Below, piece by piece: positions 9,850 to 19,604 of a stretch of 64,000 nucleotides of DNA. Source of the DNA: Cyanophyceae cyanobacterium (GTDB lineage: Bacteria > Cyanobacteriota > Cyanobacteriia > Cyanobacteriales > Laspinemataceae). Within the stretch, counting starts at the first letter, position 1; the number at the start of each line of letters is the position of its first letter. The notes under the pieces were generated by a model, which saw only the letters and a program-made list of their open reading frames with translations, searched no databases and was not told where the DNA came from. A program made the translations under genes and the position numbers. Location of the stretch: assembly GCA_038321985.1 (NCBI GenBank), contig JBBQFN010000001.1:416001-480000 (forward strand), written 5' to 3'.

Positions 9850-10691
9850 AGTAAAAAATGTAGCACTGTAAAAAAGAAAGGGTTAATTTTACTCGAATAC
9901 TTGTTGGATTGAAGAAGGGTTTTTTATACTTCCCAGTGTTGGCTACAAAATTGCTTCCGCTGGTATTCTAAATAAGTCTTGGATGGAAGCATTTACCTCA
10001 ATCTAATTTATGTAGCCCGGTAAATGAACAATCCCTCGGTTTATCGATACCGACGAGCTAGGGGCTATACCTGTTTTCTGGGGATCCGCTCTAGGCAACG
10101 TTAGACAAGAGAGAGTTTTTGCGGGAGAAATGCTCATGGAGATCCGGGTAAGGTGGCCTGATTAGGAGGACCGTTAGACCTAGAAACTGTAGGCGATACT
10201 CCTGATTTATAAAGTAAGTTAAAGGCGGGTTGCGTTGCTACCCCAGCATGGGAAGTCTCCCCGGAGGAGCTAGACCCCACCCTAGCATTACGCTGCTTTT
10301 AGACTAGATATTTTTCACCCTTCTATCTTGCTAGGGTACATGGATTGGGGAACAGTTCGAGGACGACTTGATGTGAATTGGAAGTAAGATGGAGTTCCCT
10401 CTATTCGGATAGGACTGGAAAGGGGAGAAAACCCCGAGTTGATCCCCTCTGCGGTGGAATCTCGGATTTTAGGGGAGTGCCAGGGACTAAAAAAGGGGAG
10501 CCTCTGTCCCTACCCCTGACAACTCTGCTATCCGGCGGTTGTTTGTTTCCAGAAAGGGGTATGCACTGGGAACTTGGAGACAGTCCCCCGGTCATTGAAG
10601 GTAGCTACAAAAGCGATCGCGCTCCTGGGCACTGCTTCAATGCCCTAGGCAAAACGCTACACTAGAATACACTCCTTAATCCCCAAAGTGT

Positions 10692-12761
10692 ATGTCCTAT
10701 TCCGACAAAACCCTCAGCTATCCCAATACTCGTAAGAGCGAGATCGTGGACGACTACCACGGCATCCAGATCGCTGACCCCTACCGTTGGTTGGAAGACC
10801 CGGACGCTGAGGAAACCAAAGCTTGGGTAGAAGCACAAAATACCGTCACCTTTGCTTATCTTAACGAAATTCCCCAGCGCGATCGCCTCAAAAATCGCCT
10901 CACTCAACTTTGGGATTATGAAAAATACGGTATCCCCTTTAAAAAAGGCGATCGCTATTTTTATTTTAAAAACGATGGACTCCAAAACCAAAGTGTTCTC
11001 TATGTCCTCAATCACCTCGATGATCAACCGAGGGTTTTGCTCGATCCCAATAAGCTCTCTGAAGATGGCACAATTGCTCTAGCGGGTATTGCTATTAGCG
11101 AAAATGCTCAATTCATGGCCTATGGTCTCTCTTCCTCCGGTTCCGATTGGCAAGAGTGGAAAGTTCGGAATGTCGAAACTGGCGAAGATTTATCGGATCA
11201 TCTCCAATGGATTAAATTTTCCGGGGCTTCTTGGACCCACGATCATCAAGGATTTTTCTACAGTCGCTATGACGAACCCAATACCAAAAGCCAATATGAG
11301 GATGTTAATTATTATCAAAAACTCTTCTATCATCGCTTAGGAACTCCTCAAGCGGAGGATATTTTAATCTATCATCGTCCCGATCAAAAAGAATGGGGAT
11401 TTAGCGGGGGAGTTAGTGAAGATGGCACGGTTCTAATCATCTCCGTCTGGCGCGGCAGCGACCCCAAAAATCTAATTTTTTACAAAGATTTAACGAATCC
11501 AGAAGCCGAAGTTGTCGAATTAATTACTGAATTTGAAGCTCAGTATGGGTTTATCGATAACGAAGGGGAGTTATTTTGGTTACAAACGGACTTAGATGCG
11601 CCACGGGGTCGGGCGATCGCCCTGAATATCCGCACTGGCGATCGGCAAGAACTGATTCCTGAAGCTGCCGAAACCTTAGAAAGTATCGGTCTTTTAAACA
11701 ATCAATTCGTTGCCGATTATCTCAAAGATGCTCGCAGCCAAATTAAACTCTTTAATTTAGATGGTTCCTTCATCCGGGAGGTTGAATTACCGGGAATCGG
11801 TTCTGCCGGTGGATTTAATGGCAAGCGCCACGACACGGAAACCTTTTATAGTTTCACGAGCTTTACCACCCCGCCCACCATTTATCACTACGATATGGTC
11901 GGCGGCAAAAGTACAATTTATCGGCATCCGCAGGTAGATTTTAACCCCGATGACTATACAACTGAACAAATCTTTTACCCCAGTAAAGATGGTACTCAAG
12001 TGCCGATGTTCATTATCCATAAACAAGGGATTCCCCGGGATGGCAATAATCCGACTTATCTCTATGGATATGGTGGGTTTAATATTTCCCTAACCCCAAG
12101 TTTTTCCGTCTCTCAAGTCGTCTGGATGGAACTAGGCGGTATCATCGCCATTCCCAATTTACGGGGGGGGGGAGAATACGGAGAGGACTGGCATCAAGGG
12201 GGGACGAAGTTAAATAAACAGAATGTGTTTGATGATTTTATTGCAGCAGCCGAGTGGTTGATCGCAGAGCACTACACGCGACCCGAGAAACTGGCGATCG
12301 CCGGGGGTAGTAATGGGGGATTGTTAGTGGGTGCCTGTATGACTCAACGTCCAGAACTCTTTGCCGCTGCGCTCCCGGCTGTCGGGGTCATGGATATGTT
12401 ACGCTTCCATAAGTTTACTATCGGCTGGGCCTGGTGTTCCGATTACGGTTCCCCAGATAACCCCGAAGAGTTTAAAGCCTTGTATGCTTACTCCCCCTTA
12501 CATAACCTCAAACCCGGTACTGCCTATCCAGCCACTTTAATCACCACGGCTGATCACGACGATCGCGTTGTTCCCGCACATAGTTTTAAGTTTGCTGCCG
12601 CCTTACAAACGGCACAAAACTCTGATGCGCCGGTGATGATTCGCATTGAAACTAAAGCGGGTCACGGGGCCGGAAAACCTACCGCTAAAATCATTGAAGA
12701 AGTAGCAGATAAGTGGGCATTTCTAGTCCGAGTTTTAGAGATGGATATCCCGGTTAAGTAG
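10692..12761 (+). CDS. Prolyl oligopeptidase (S9A)
   Basis: DPYRWLED, GGSNGG nucleophile, DDRVVP and AGHGAG motifs. Confidence 0.96.
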   Translation: MSYSDKTLSYPNTRKSEIVDDYHGIQIADPYRWLEDPDAEETKAWVEAQNTVTFAYLNEIPQRDRLKNRLTQLWDYEKYGIPFKKGDRYFYFKNDGLQNQSVLYVLNHLDDQPRVLLDPNKLSEDGTIALAGIAISENAQFMAYGLSSSGSDWQEWKVRNVETGEDLSDHLQWIKFSGASWTHDHQGFFYSRYDEPNTKSQYEDVNYYQKLFYHRLGTPQAEDILIYHRPDQKEWGFSGGVSEDGTVLIISVWRGSDPKNLIFYKDLTNPEAEVVELITEFEAQYGFIDNEGELFWLQTDLDAPRGRAIALNIRTGDRQELIPEAAETLESIGLLNNQFVADYLKDARSQIKLFNLDGSFIREVELPGIGSAGGFNGKRHDTETFYSFTSFTTPPTIYHYDMVGGKSTIYRHPQVDFNPDDYTTEQIFYPSKDGTQVPMFIIHKQGIPRDGNNPTYLYGYGGFNISLTPSFSVSQVVWMELGGIIAIPNLRGGGEYGEDWHQGGTKLNKQNVFDDFIAAAEWLIAEHYTRPEKLAIAGGSNGGLLVGACMTQRPELFAAALPAVGVMDMLRFHKFTIGWAWCSDYGSPDNPEEFKALYAYSPLHNLKPGTAYPATLITTADHDDRVVPAHSFKFAAALQTAQNSDAPVMIRIETKAGHGAGKPTAKIIEEVADKWAFLVRVLEMDIPVK

Positions 12762-12855
12762 TAACGCCTTCAGGTGTTATCTTCTCTTAAGTTCGTAGTA
12801 ACACCTTCAGGTGTTATCTTCTTTTAAGAACGATTGAAGGTGTTACTACGAACTT
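12758..12855. repeat. GTAG-type REP cluster (two direct copies plus one inverted copy; REPIN/BIME-like)
   Basis: GTAG-TAACRCC-TTCA-GGTGTTA-TCTTCTYTTAAG at 12758-12791 and 12795-12828. Perfect 21-bp inverted repeat AAGTTCGTAGTAACACCTTCA (12789-12809) / TGAAGGTGTTACTACGAACTT (12835-12855). Confidence 0.8.
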
Positions 12856-12861
12856 AGACGG

Positions 12862-14361
12862 TTAAAAGTCCTTGTTTAACTGGCCGATCGCCCGTTCATA
12901 GATTGACCGCGCAAAGTCGGTCCACGTTCCTTGTCCCCAGTATCGAAAACAACTGGTTTGGGTTAACATATTGTTCAGTAAAGCTTCTCGGTAGCGCGGT
13001 TCTTTGGTGAGGTTTTCATCTCCCAGTAGCGGGTCAATTTTTTGATGAAATAGGGCGCTAAGTGAATTCATGGGTCCGACTACATTTTCGTAACCTTGCA
13101 CCCAATTTAAGTTATTTGTCCACGACGAACCATCTACATGGAATTGATGGTCTTCTTGCTTTAATTCTGCGATCGCCTCGGCAATTTTTTCTGGAGTAAC
13201 ACTCTCAATATCAACCCGCTGCCAGATTTTATGTTGTTGGACGGCTTGACAAGTGGGATAATCTTCCGGTGAACAGCCTGCGGCTTCAATGAGTTCTAAA
13301 TACTCCGTGCCGTTAAGGGCGACTGTTCCCGATTTACCGCCGTTATTTTGGGCAATTTCATAGGTGGTTTTTTTGAAACCTTGGGGAAATTCATTCATCA
13401 TTACTCCCCCATTTTCACCGTCGCCGATTTGAGTAACGATTGGCGGAACAGTTACGGAACCAAGTTGCTGTTTAGAAAGGGTTTTTGCTTCATAATAGGG
13501 CTGCATTTGGGCCACTAATTTTGTATCGGACCCTTGGGTTTTAATGAGGGCGGTAATACTGATAGTTTCACCTTGGGAATTTCGGGCGACTAAACGGTGA
13601 GGAAGATGTTTGTAGCCGATACTATGACCTTCAAGGGTTTCGACGGAATGTTCTTGAACCATAATCCACCGATAGCCACTTTCTTTGAGGGCTTTGATAA
13701 ATTCAAAGAGAGTATCTGGGTGGTTAGGAAGGTGCATTTCTGGAGGTGAAAATCCTTTGACTCGGGCGAGTGCTTCCCAGCCAAAAATTGAGGCAAAATA
13801 ATGTTGCCATGCCTGAATATGCAGTTTGAGATCGGGCAGGGGAGTAGAGGGAACAACGGCATGACTCCACATGGTCCCTAACCATTCGACATGGAGATAA
13901 TATTGAGGATCGCAGGTGATCCGTTTGAGACTATCAATGACATCATGACGTCCCATTTGACGTAATCCCCACAATAAATTGCCGGAATAATCTAACATGA
14001 CTCGCGGATTACAGCCATTGGCGACGAGTTCGGGGATGAATTCTCCCATGCGGCTATAGCACCAAGAGAAGGGTCCAGCATTGTGATTATCCCCTTCGCC
14101 GGTATGCTCAAACATATATTGTAAGTGGCCGATATACTCACCATTGGGTCCGGCAGGGATGGTGGGTTGGTGCATATGTAGGGCGATCGCAAATGCAGCA
14201 CTAATATCTTCTAATCGGATATTTGTAATAGGCAAGAATACAGGCTCGTTGCGTTGAACTACGGAACGAACCTCTTTTTCCCACCCACAAATATTGGGGA
14301 ATCCGTCTGCAAATTCATTTAAGACGGGTGGATGTATGAGTGTGGGAGCGATTGAAACCAT
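12862..14361 (-). CDS. Glycoside hydrolase family 57-like protein
   Basis: ALHMHQP, GFSPPEMHLP and GDGENGG motifs. Confidence 0.85.
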   Translation of the reverse strand: MVSIAPTLIHPPVLNEFADGFPNICGWEKEVRSVVQRNEPVFLPITNIRLEDISAAFAIALHMHQPTIPAGPNGEYIGHLQYMFEHTGEGDNHNAGPFSWCYSRMGEFIPELVANGCNPRVMLDYSGNLLWGLRQMGRHDVIDSLKRITCDPQYYLHVEWLGTMWSHAVVPSTPLPDLKLHIQAWQHYFASIFGWEALARVKGFSPPEMHLPNHPDTLFEFIKALKESGYRWIMVQEHSVETLEGHSIGYKHLPHRLVARNSQGETISITALIKTQGSDTKLVAQMQPYYEAKTLSKQQLGSVTVPPIVTQIGDGENGGVMMNEFPQGFKKTTYEIAQNNGGKSGTVALNGTEYLELIEAAGCSPEDYPTCQAVQQHKIWQRVDIESVTPEKIAEAIAELKQEDHQFHVDGSSWTNNLNWVQGYENVVGPMNSLSALFHQKIDPLLGDENLTKEPRYREALLNNMLTQTSCFRYWGQGTWTDFARSIYERAIGQLNKDF

Positions 14362-14449
14362 AATTTTAATTTCTGCTTTGACGTGGTATTTTTAGTTTAC
14401 CGTTGATTGAGTGTCTTGCACCAGACACTTTGTGAATTCCACCAAAATT

Positions 14450-15337
14450 ATGTTTCCCAGTTTTTTGCCTTCTGATGTTAATTTTCTGACTGAATCTACT
14501 TCGATCTCCCTGGCCCAAGGGATCGAGCGTCAAGATATCCTGACTTCGTTAAGCGATCGCCCGATAGGGACAAGTTTCGTTCATCAAGGCCGGGGTGGTA
14601 CGCCGATTTTGTTACTCCACGGTTTTGATAGTTCAGTGTTTGAGTTTCGGCGTCTGCTGCCTTTACTTGCAACAAATCATGAAACTTGGGCAGTAGATTT
14701 ATTGGGGTTTGGATTTAGCAGTCGCCTGCTAGAAATTCCCATTACACCTACAGCAATTAAAACCCATTTATATGAGTTTTGGACTCAATTAATTCAACAG
14801 CCGGTGATTTTAATAGGGGTATCGATGGGGGGTGCCGCTGCCCTAGATTTTACCCTTTCTTATCCGAATGCGGTGCAAAAATTAGTGTTAATTGATAGTG
14901 CTGGTTTTGCCAAGGGTCCGGCGATGGGGAAGATGATGTTTCCCCCCCTGGGGTATTTGGCAACCCAATTTTTAAAAAATCCCCGGATTCGCCAACAAAT
15001 CAGCTTAAAGGCGTATTACGATCGCGCGTTGGCTTCTACAGATGCATCAACTTGTGCGAGGCTACATTTGGCTGTCCCGGGGTGGGCTAATAGTACGATC
15101 GCCTTTACGAAAAGCGGGGGTTATAACTTTTTAGCCGATAAAATTGAGCAGGTAGATAAAGCGACTCTAATTTTATGGGGAGAAGATGACCAAATTTTAG
15201 GAACAGCAGATGCTTATAAGTTCTCGGAAGCGATCGCCGCCAGTAAGCTGATCTGGATTCCAAAGTGCGGTCATGTTCCCCACTTGGAACAACCCCAAGT
15301 TACTGCCGACTGCATTCTAGAATGGGGGAACGTGTGA
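14450..15337 (+). CDS. Alpha/beta-fold hydrolase
   Basis: LLHGFDSS, GVSMGG nucleophile elbow, CGHVPHLE. ATG at 14450 preferred over the ORF-track start at 14411. Confidence 0.9.
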   Translation: MFPSFLPSDVNFLTESTSISLAQGIERQDILTSLSDRPIGTSFVHQGRGGTPILLLHGFDSSVFEFRRLLPLLATNHETWAVDLLGFGFSSRLLEIPITPTAIKTHLYEFWTQLIQQPVILIGVSMGGAAALDFTLSYPNAVQKLVLIDSAGFAKGPAMGKMMFPPLGYLATQFLKNPRIRQQISLKAYYDRALASTDASTCARLHLAVPGWANSTIAFTKSGGYNFLADKIEQVDKATLILWGEDDQILGTADAYKFSEAIAASKLIWIPKCGHVPHLEQPQVTADCILEWGNV

Positions 15338-15671
15338 GTTCCTAAACCGGGGTTGCCCGGTTACTAAAATTGTTGGGCAACTCGGTCTTTTTCGAGACAC
15401 AATATAAAGGAAAATAAAAGCTAACATGAGGGAACACAAGCACTGCCTACTCTAAAACCGAATCCCTTGGCTTTGTCTTTTTAAAGGCAGAAATCAACGG
15501 ACTCCCCCGGACCTGGGGTCCGGAAACCCACGGGGTTAAGGCCAGATTTCCCATGAATAAGGGACAGAAACTTGACCCCTGATATTTTGGGGGTCCTGGG
15601 TTAGGGGTCGGGAGTAGACAAAGGTATCGGAGTCAGAAAACGTTCAGGGCTTTGAGATTGGGAAGGAAGGA

Positions 15672-17867
15672 ATGGAAAATTTTAGCCAACAGCCGGAGGG
15701 CCGCTTGACAAACTGGACCGCCCCAAACAGTCCCCCCTTGGCGGGCTGGGAGAGTCTCCAATCGGATGAAAAAGAACTGCGGCAGGCGTATCAGCGATTA
15801 ACCTTTCATGTCGAAAACTCGCCGTTAGGGGCGATCGAGTGGGATTGTGCGATGGGAGTGAAGCGATGGTCTTCCCAAGCGGAAAAAATTCTAGGATGGA
15901 ATGCGCTAGAGGTGATGGGCACCCTTCGGCAAGATTGCCCGTTTAACTATCCCGAGGATGAACCCCGAGTTGCTGAGGCTGTGGGTCGGTTACTTAATGG
16001 TACGGAACCTCACAATGTTGTAGTTTATCGTAATTATACAAAAAATAAGAGAATAATTTGGTGTGAGTGGCACAATTCCGCGCTGTTAGATGGGGAGGGA
16101 AATCTGATTTCGATTTTATCTTTGGTACAAGATATCACCGCGCAAAAACAGGCGGAACAGGAACGGGATCAATTGATTTCTAAAATTGATCGCCAAAATC
16201 ACACCTTGGAAGCCTTGGTGCAAGAACGGACAGCGGAATTAGCCCGGACAGTGGAACGATTGGAAATTGAAATTGCCCGTCGGCAGCAACGCGATCGCCA
16301 GTTTTCTGCGATCGCCGCCAACTTGCCTGGGGTGATGTATAGGGCTATCATTCGGACCGATGGGCGGATTACGGTCCCCTTTATCAGTGATGGGATTCAG
16401 GAACTGACGGGGATCGATCCGATGGAGGCGATGGCCGATTTGCTGGGGTTATTTGCCCTGGTGCATCCGAACGATCGCATCGGGTTTTATGATCGCATGA
16501 CATCCCTGGAAGAAAAACAGCAAACCCCCGAAGATCAGGAATTTCGTATCATTACGGCTGCCGGTGAACTGAAGTGGGTGCAGGATCATACCCATTATAC
16601 AAGAATGGAGAATGGGGATACGATCGCCGATGGGATGATGTTAAATATCAGCGATCGCAAAAAGGCAGAAGAGGCGATGCGGCAACAGGTAGAACGGGAA
16701 CGCTTACTAGGGGCGATCGCCCAACGGATTCGCCAATCCTTGGATTTAACAGCAATTTTGAATACCACCGTTGAGGAAGTCCAGCAAGTGCTGGGATGCG
16801 ATCGGGTGTTAGTTTATCGCGTTTGGTCCGATGGCAGGGGCAGTGCGATCGCTGAAGCGGTCAAACCCGGTTGGCTTCAGGTCTTAAATCGCGTCTTTCC
16901 CGAAGAAGTTTTTCCAGCAGAAAATTATCAACGGTATATCGAGGGACGAATTTGTGCTGTGGTTGACCGGGATGCGGGACAGATTGTCCCCTGTTTGGTG
17001 GAGTTTATGAAAAGTATCGAAGTGCGAGCGAAACTGGTCGTTCCCATTGTCGAAAAAGATACTTTGTGGGGATTGTTAATCGCTCATCAATGTTCCAGGC
17101 CGAGGCAGTGGCAAGGCTGGGAAATCGACCTACTGGCTTCTTTGGCAACCCAACTGGCGATCGCCATTCAGCAGTCGGAACTTTACGAACGTCTCCAAGT
17201 TGAACTAAGCGATCGCAAAAAAGCTCAATGCCAAATCAAAGCCTCCCTTGAAGAAAAAGAACTTCTCCTCCAAGAAGTTCATCATCGGGTCAAAAATAAT
17301 TTGCAGGTGATTTCCAGTATCTTTTCCCTACAAAGTTCCTACATTGAAGAACCGCGCATTTTGTCAATTTTACGCGATAGTCAAAACCGGATTGCTTCAA
17401 TGGCCTTGATCCATGAAAAACTTTACCACTCTGACACTCTAGCCAAAATTGATTTTGATGATTACATTGAAACTCTAACAGCGAACTTATTTGCTTGCTA
17501 TAATATCAGCCCCCAAAAAATTGGCTTAAAGTTACAAATTGAAAATGTATCTCTCAACTTAGACACAGCAATTCCTTGCGGATTATTGTTAAATGAATTA
17601 GTTTCTAATTCTTTAAAACACGCCTTTCCAGCGGATGAATCAGGAACCATTTTTATTGAATTTTCAGCCGAGTCAAATCACCAGTTAAAGCTAATTGTGC
17701 GCGATACAGGGCGGGGCTTGCCGGAAGGGTTGGATTTCCAAAAAAATAATTCTCTAGGATTGCGTCTAGTCCGGGCTCTAACGCGACAATTGCGGGGAAC
17801 TCTTGATATTAAAAATAGTCACGGAGCTTACTTTCAAATTACCTTTCCCTCTCCTCAAGGTGTTTAG
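15672..17867 (+). CDS. PAS-PAS-GAF-HisKA_2 sensor kinase with a CcaS/RcaE-type (green/red) cyanobacteriochrome GAF
   Basis: [11 protein letters not shown] (HisKA_2 H-box) and [17 protein letters not shown] carries FPEEVFP, PCL (Cys441-Leu) and AKLVVP (Lys454). Confidence 0.85.
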   Translation: MENFSQQPEGRLTNWTAPNSPPLAGWESLQSDEKELRQAYQRLTFHVENSPLGAIEWDCAMGVKRWSSQAEKILGWNALEVMGTLRQDCPFNYPEDEPRVAEAVGRLLNGTEPHNVVVYRNYTKNKRIIWCEWHNSALLDGEGNLISILSLVQDITAQKQAEQERDQLISKIDRQNHTLEALVQERTAELARTVERLEIEIARRQQRDRQFSAIAANLPGVMYRAIIRTDGRITVPFISDGIQELTGIDPMEAMADLLGLFALVHPNDRIGFYDRMTSLEEKQQTPEDQEFRIITAAGELKWVQDHTHYTRMENGDTIADGMMLNISDRKKAEEAMRQQVERERLLGAIAQRIRQSLDLTAILNTTVEEVQQVLGCDRVLVYRVWSDGRGSAIAEAVKPGWLQVLNRVFPEEVFPAENYQRYIEGRICAVVDRDAGQIVPCLVEFMKSIEVRAKLVVPIVEKDTLWGLLIAHQCSRPRQWQGWEIDLLASLATQLAIAIQQSELYERLQVELSDRKKAQCQIKASLEEKELLLQEVHHRVKNNLQVISSIFSLQSSYIEEPRILSILRDSQNRIASMALIHEKLYHSDTLAKIDFDDYIETLTANLFACYNISPQKIGLKLQIENVSLNLDTAIPCGLLLNELVSNSLKHAFPADESGTIFIEFSAESNHQLKLIVRDTGRGLPEGLDFQKNNSLGLRLVRALTRQLRGTLDIKNSHGAYFQITFPSPQGV

Positions 17868-18010
17868 ATTTTTAAAGGGATTCACAGCCCGGTTAAAAAC
17901 TCAACCCCTATTGCTTTACCCCAGACAATTTCGGTTTTATAATTGATCCCAAACTTGAAGAACAGAAATTCTGTCCGATAGTACCTATTCAAAGTTCGGA
18001 AAAAACTGCA

Positions 18011-19135
18011 ATGTCACCTATAAAAATTCTGGTTGTAGAAGATGAAGCCATTATTGCTGAAGATATCGCCCTTCGCCTAGAAAAAATGGGGTACGAGGTG
18101 GTGGATATCGTCGCCTCGGGAGAAGAAGCGATCGCCGCCGCTGCTATTCATCATCCGAATTTGGTACTCATGGATATCATGCTTCAAGGGCTGATGGACG
18201 GGATTATGGCAGCGGATAAAATTCGGGAAACCTTAGAAATTCCCGTGGTATATTTAACCGCTTATGCGGATGAACATACTTTAAAGCGAGCAAAAATTAC
18301 CCAGCCTCTCGGCTACATTCTCAAACCTTTTCGCGAGACGGAACTCTGGGTTACTATCGAAATTGCCTTATCTCGCCATGACGCTGAAATGGAAGTTAAA
18401 AAAGCTGTACATACTGCGGAGAATAAGCGTTATAAGGCAGAAGAAATCAGCCAAATGAAATCTCAGTATCTTTCAATGGCTGCCCATGATTTTCGTAATC
18501 CTCTTACCACTATTCAATCTTCAGCGGAATTGATTCAGGAGTACGTAAATAATTGGCCGCCGGAAAAAACGCAAAAACATCTAGAACAAATTGTCATGGC
18601 AACGGAAAGCCTGAATCAGATACTTGAAGATATTTTAAAATTTGGAAAGGCCGATTTTAAAAAGATCACCTTAAACCCGGTCCCCTTAAATTTGGCCTCT
18701 TTTTGCGCGGGGATTGTGGAAACGTTCCAATTGAATGGGGATGATGGTTATCGCCTAATTTTTACGCAACGAGGAGAGGCCAAAACCGCCTACCTAGACC
18801 AAAAATTACTCTGGCATTTGTTCAATAATTTGATTGCCAATGCGATTAAGTATTCTCCGGCTGGGGGAGAGATTTCGATTACTTTATCCTTTGAGAGGGA
18901 CGAAGTAATATTTCAAATTTGCGATCGCGGGATTGGCATTGATCCCCAAGAAATCAATACCCTATTTGTACCTTTTTCCCGCGCTTCCAATGTTGGAACT
19001 ATCCCCGGAACAGGTTTGGGACTGGCGATCGTCAAACGTTCCGTAGATTTGCACCAGGGTCAAATCACCGTAGAAAGTGAACTGGGTCAGGGGACGACTT
19101 TTACCGTCACTCTTCCCCTGCTTCCAGTCCCGTAA
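18011..19135 (+). CDS. Hybrid response regulator-histidine kinase (REC-HisKA-HATPase)
   Basis: ILVVEDE...MDIML...YLTAY...KPF receiver; AHDFRNP, NAIKYSP, GTGLGL. Confidence 0.92.
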   Translation: MSPIKILVVEDEAIIAEDIALRLEKMGYEVVDIVASGEEAIAAAAIHHPNLVLMDIMLQGLMDGIMAADKIRETLEIPVVYLTAYADEHTLKRAKITQPLGYILKPFRETELWVTIEIALSRHDAEMEVKKAVHTAENKRYKAEEISQMKSQYLSMAAHDFRNPLTTIQSSAELIQEYVNNWPPEKTQKHLEQIVMATESLNQILEDILKFGKADFKKITLNPVPLNLASFCAGIVETFQLNGDDGYRLIFTQRGEAKTAYLDQKLLWHLFNNLIANAIKYSPAGGEISITLSFERDEVIFQICDRGIGIDPQEINTLFVPFSRASNVGTIPGTGLGLAIVKRSVDLHQGQITVESELGQGTTFTVTLPLLPVP

Positions 19136-19138
19136 GAG

Positions 19139-19576
19139 TCAGCCTTTTACCCGTTCTCGAAGAGTCTCTTCTAATCGATCTAACAAGGTATCCACATCAG
19201 CAGATACTTTTTCAAAACATTGGGGAGGCGGTGGATCGGTGACAAATTCTATCACCTTGAGTTGCCCTTGATTAATCCCGACGAGGAGAACCTCAGTTTC
19301 CGGATTAAACCCCTCTACAATTCCCACCACTTCTTGTAACATACTACTCACGGTTTCATTGAGTTTGTGTACCGCCTCTTTTGGACAGTAAACAAAATGA
19401 GGCGTGGGTATCAAATCGATTCCCATCACGCTGCCATTATGTTGATTTTCCAGCCACAGCCCCCAAGAAAGGGCCGCTAATTCCTGTTGGTGGGCTTTGG
19501 CAAAATCCGCTAATTCGTGACGCCATCGGTCCTCTTCTTTCTCTGGCTGAAGGTTGCCCGGTAAAAAACCAGTCAT
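19139..19576 (-). CDS. ccmS: Beta-carboxysome assembly chaperone CcmS-like protein
   Basis: WR..L..F....QQELAALSWGLWLEN...GIDL.PTPHFVYCPK.AV...PPPPQCFE matches my recollection of the CcmS (Slr1911/All1292) family. Confidence 0.75.
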   Translation of the reverse strand: MTGFLPGNLQPEKEEDRWRHELADFAKAHQQELAALSWGLWLENQHNGSVMGIDLIPTPHFVYCPKEAVHKLNETVSSMLQEVVGIVEGFNPETEVLLVGINQGQLKVIEFVTDPPPPQCFEKVSADVDTLLDRLEETLRERVKG

Positions 19577-19604
19577 TTCTGTTTCTCTTTCGTTCCAGAT
19601 TGAA

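Noticed and set aside
9850..10690. Long intergenic region checked for riboswitch, ncRNA or small genes (ORFs 10378-10665, 10401-10595)
   Set aside because: No cobalamin, c-di-GMP or glutamine consensus could be matched, and the ORFs look non-coding. An unrecognised sRNA cannot be excluded.
10692..12761. Prolyl oligopeptidase as a RiPP macrocyclase
   Set aside because: No precursor peptide or tailoring genes are nearby, and it looks like the ordinary S9A enzyme.
12758..12855. 34-bp direct repeats as a mini-CRISPR
   Set aside because: The copies are only 3 nt apart and have an inverted partner, which fits REP/REPIN structure.
15495..15545. c-di-GMP-I riboswitch-like stretch before the CBCR kinase (a similar idea at about 40935)
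   Set aside because: Only generic hairpins are present; the GGCAAA/GNRA/GCAAAGC architecture is missing.
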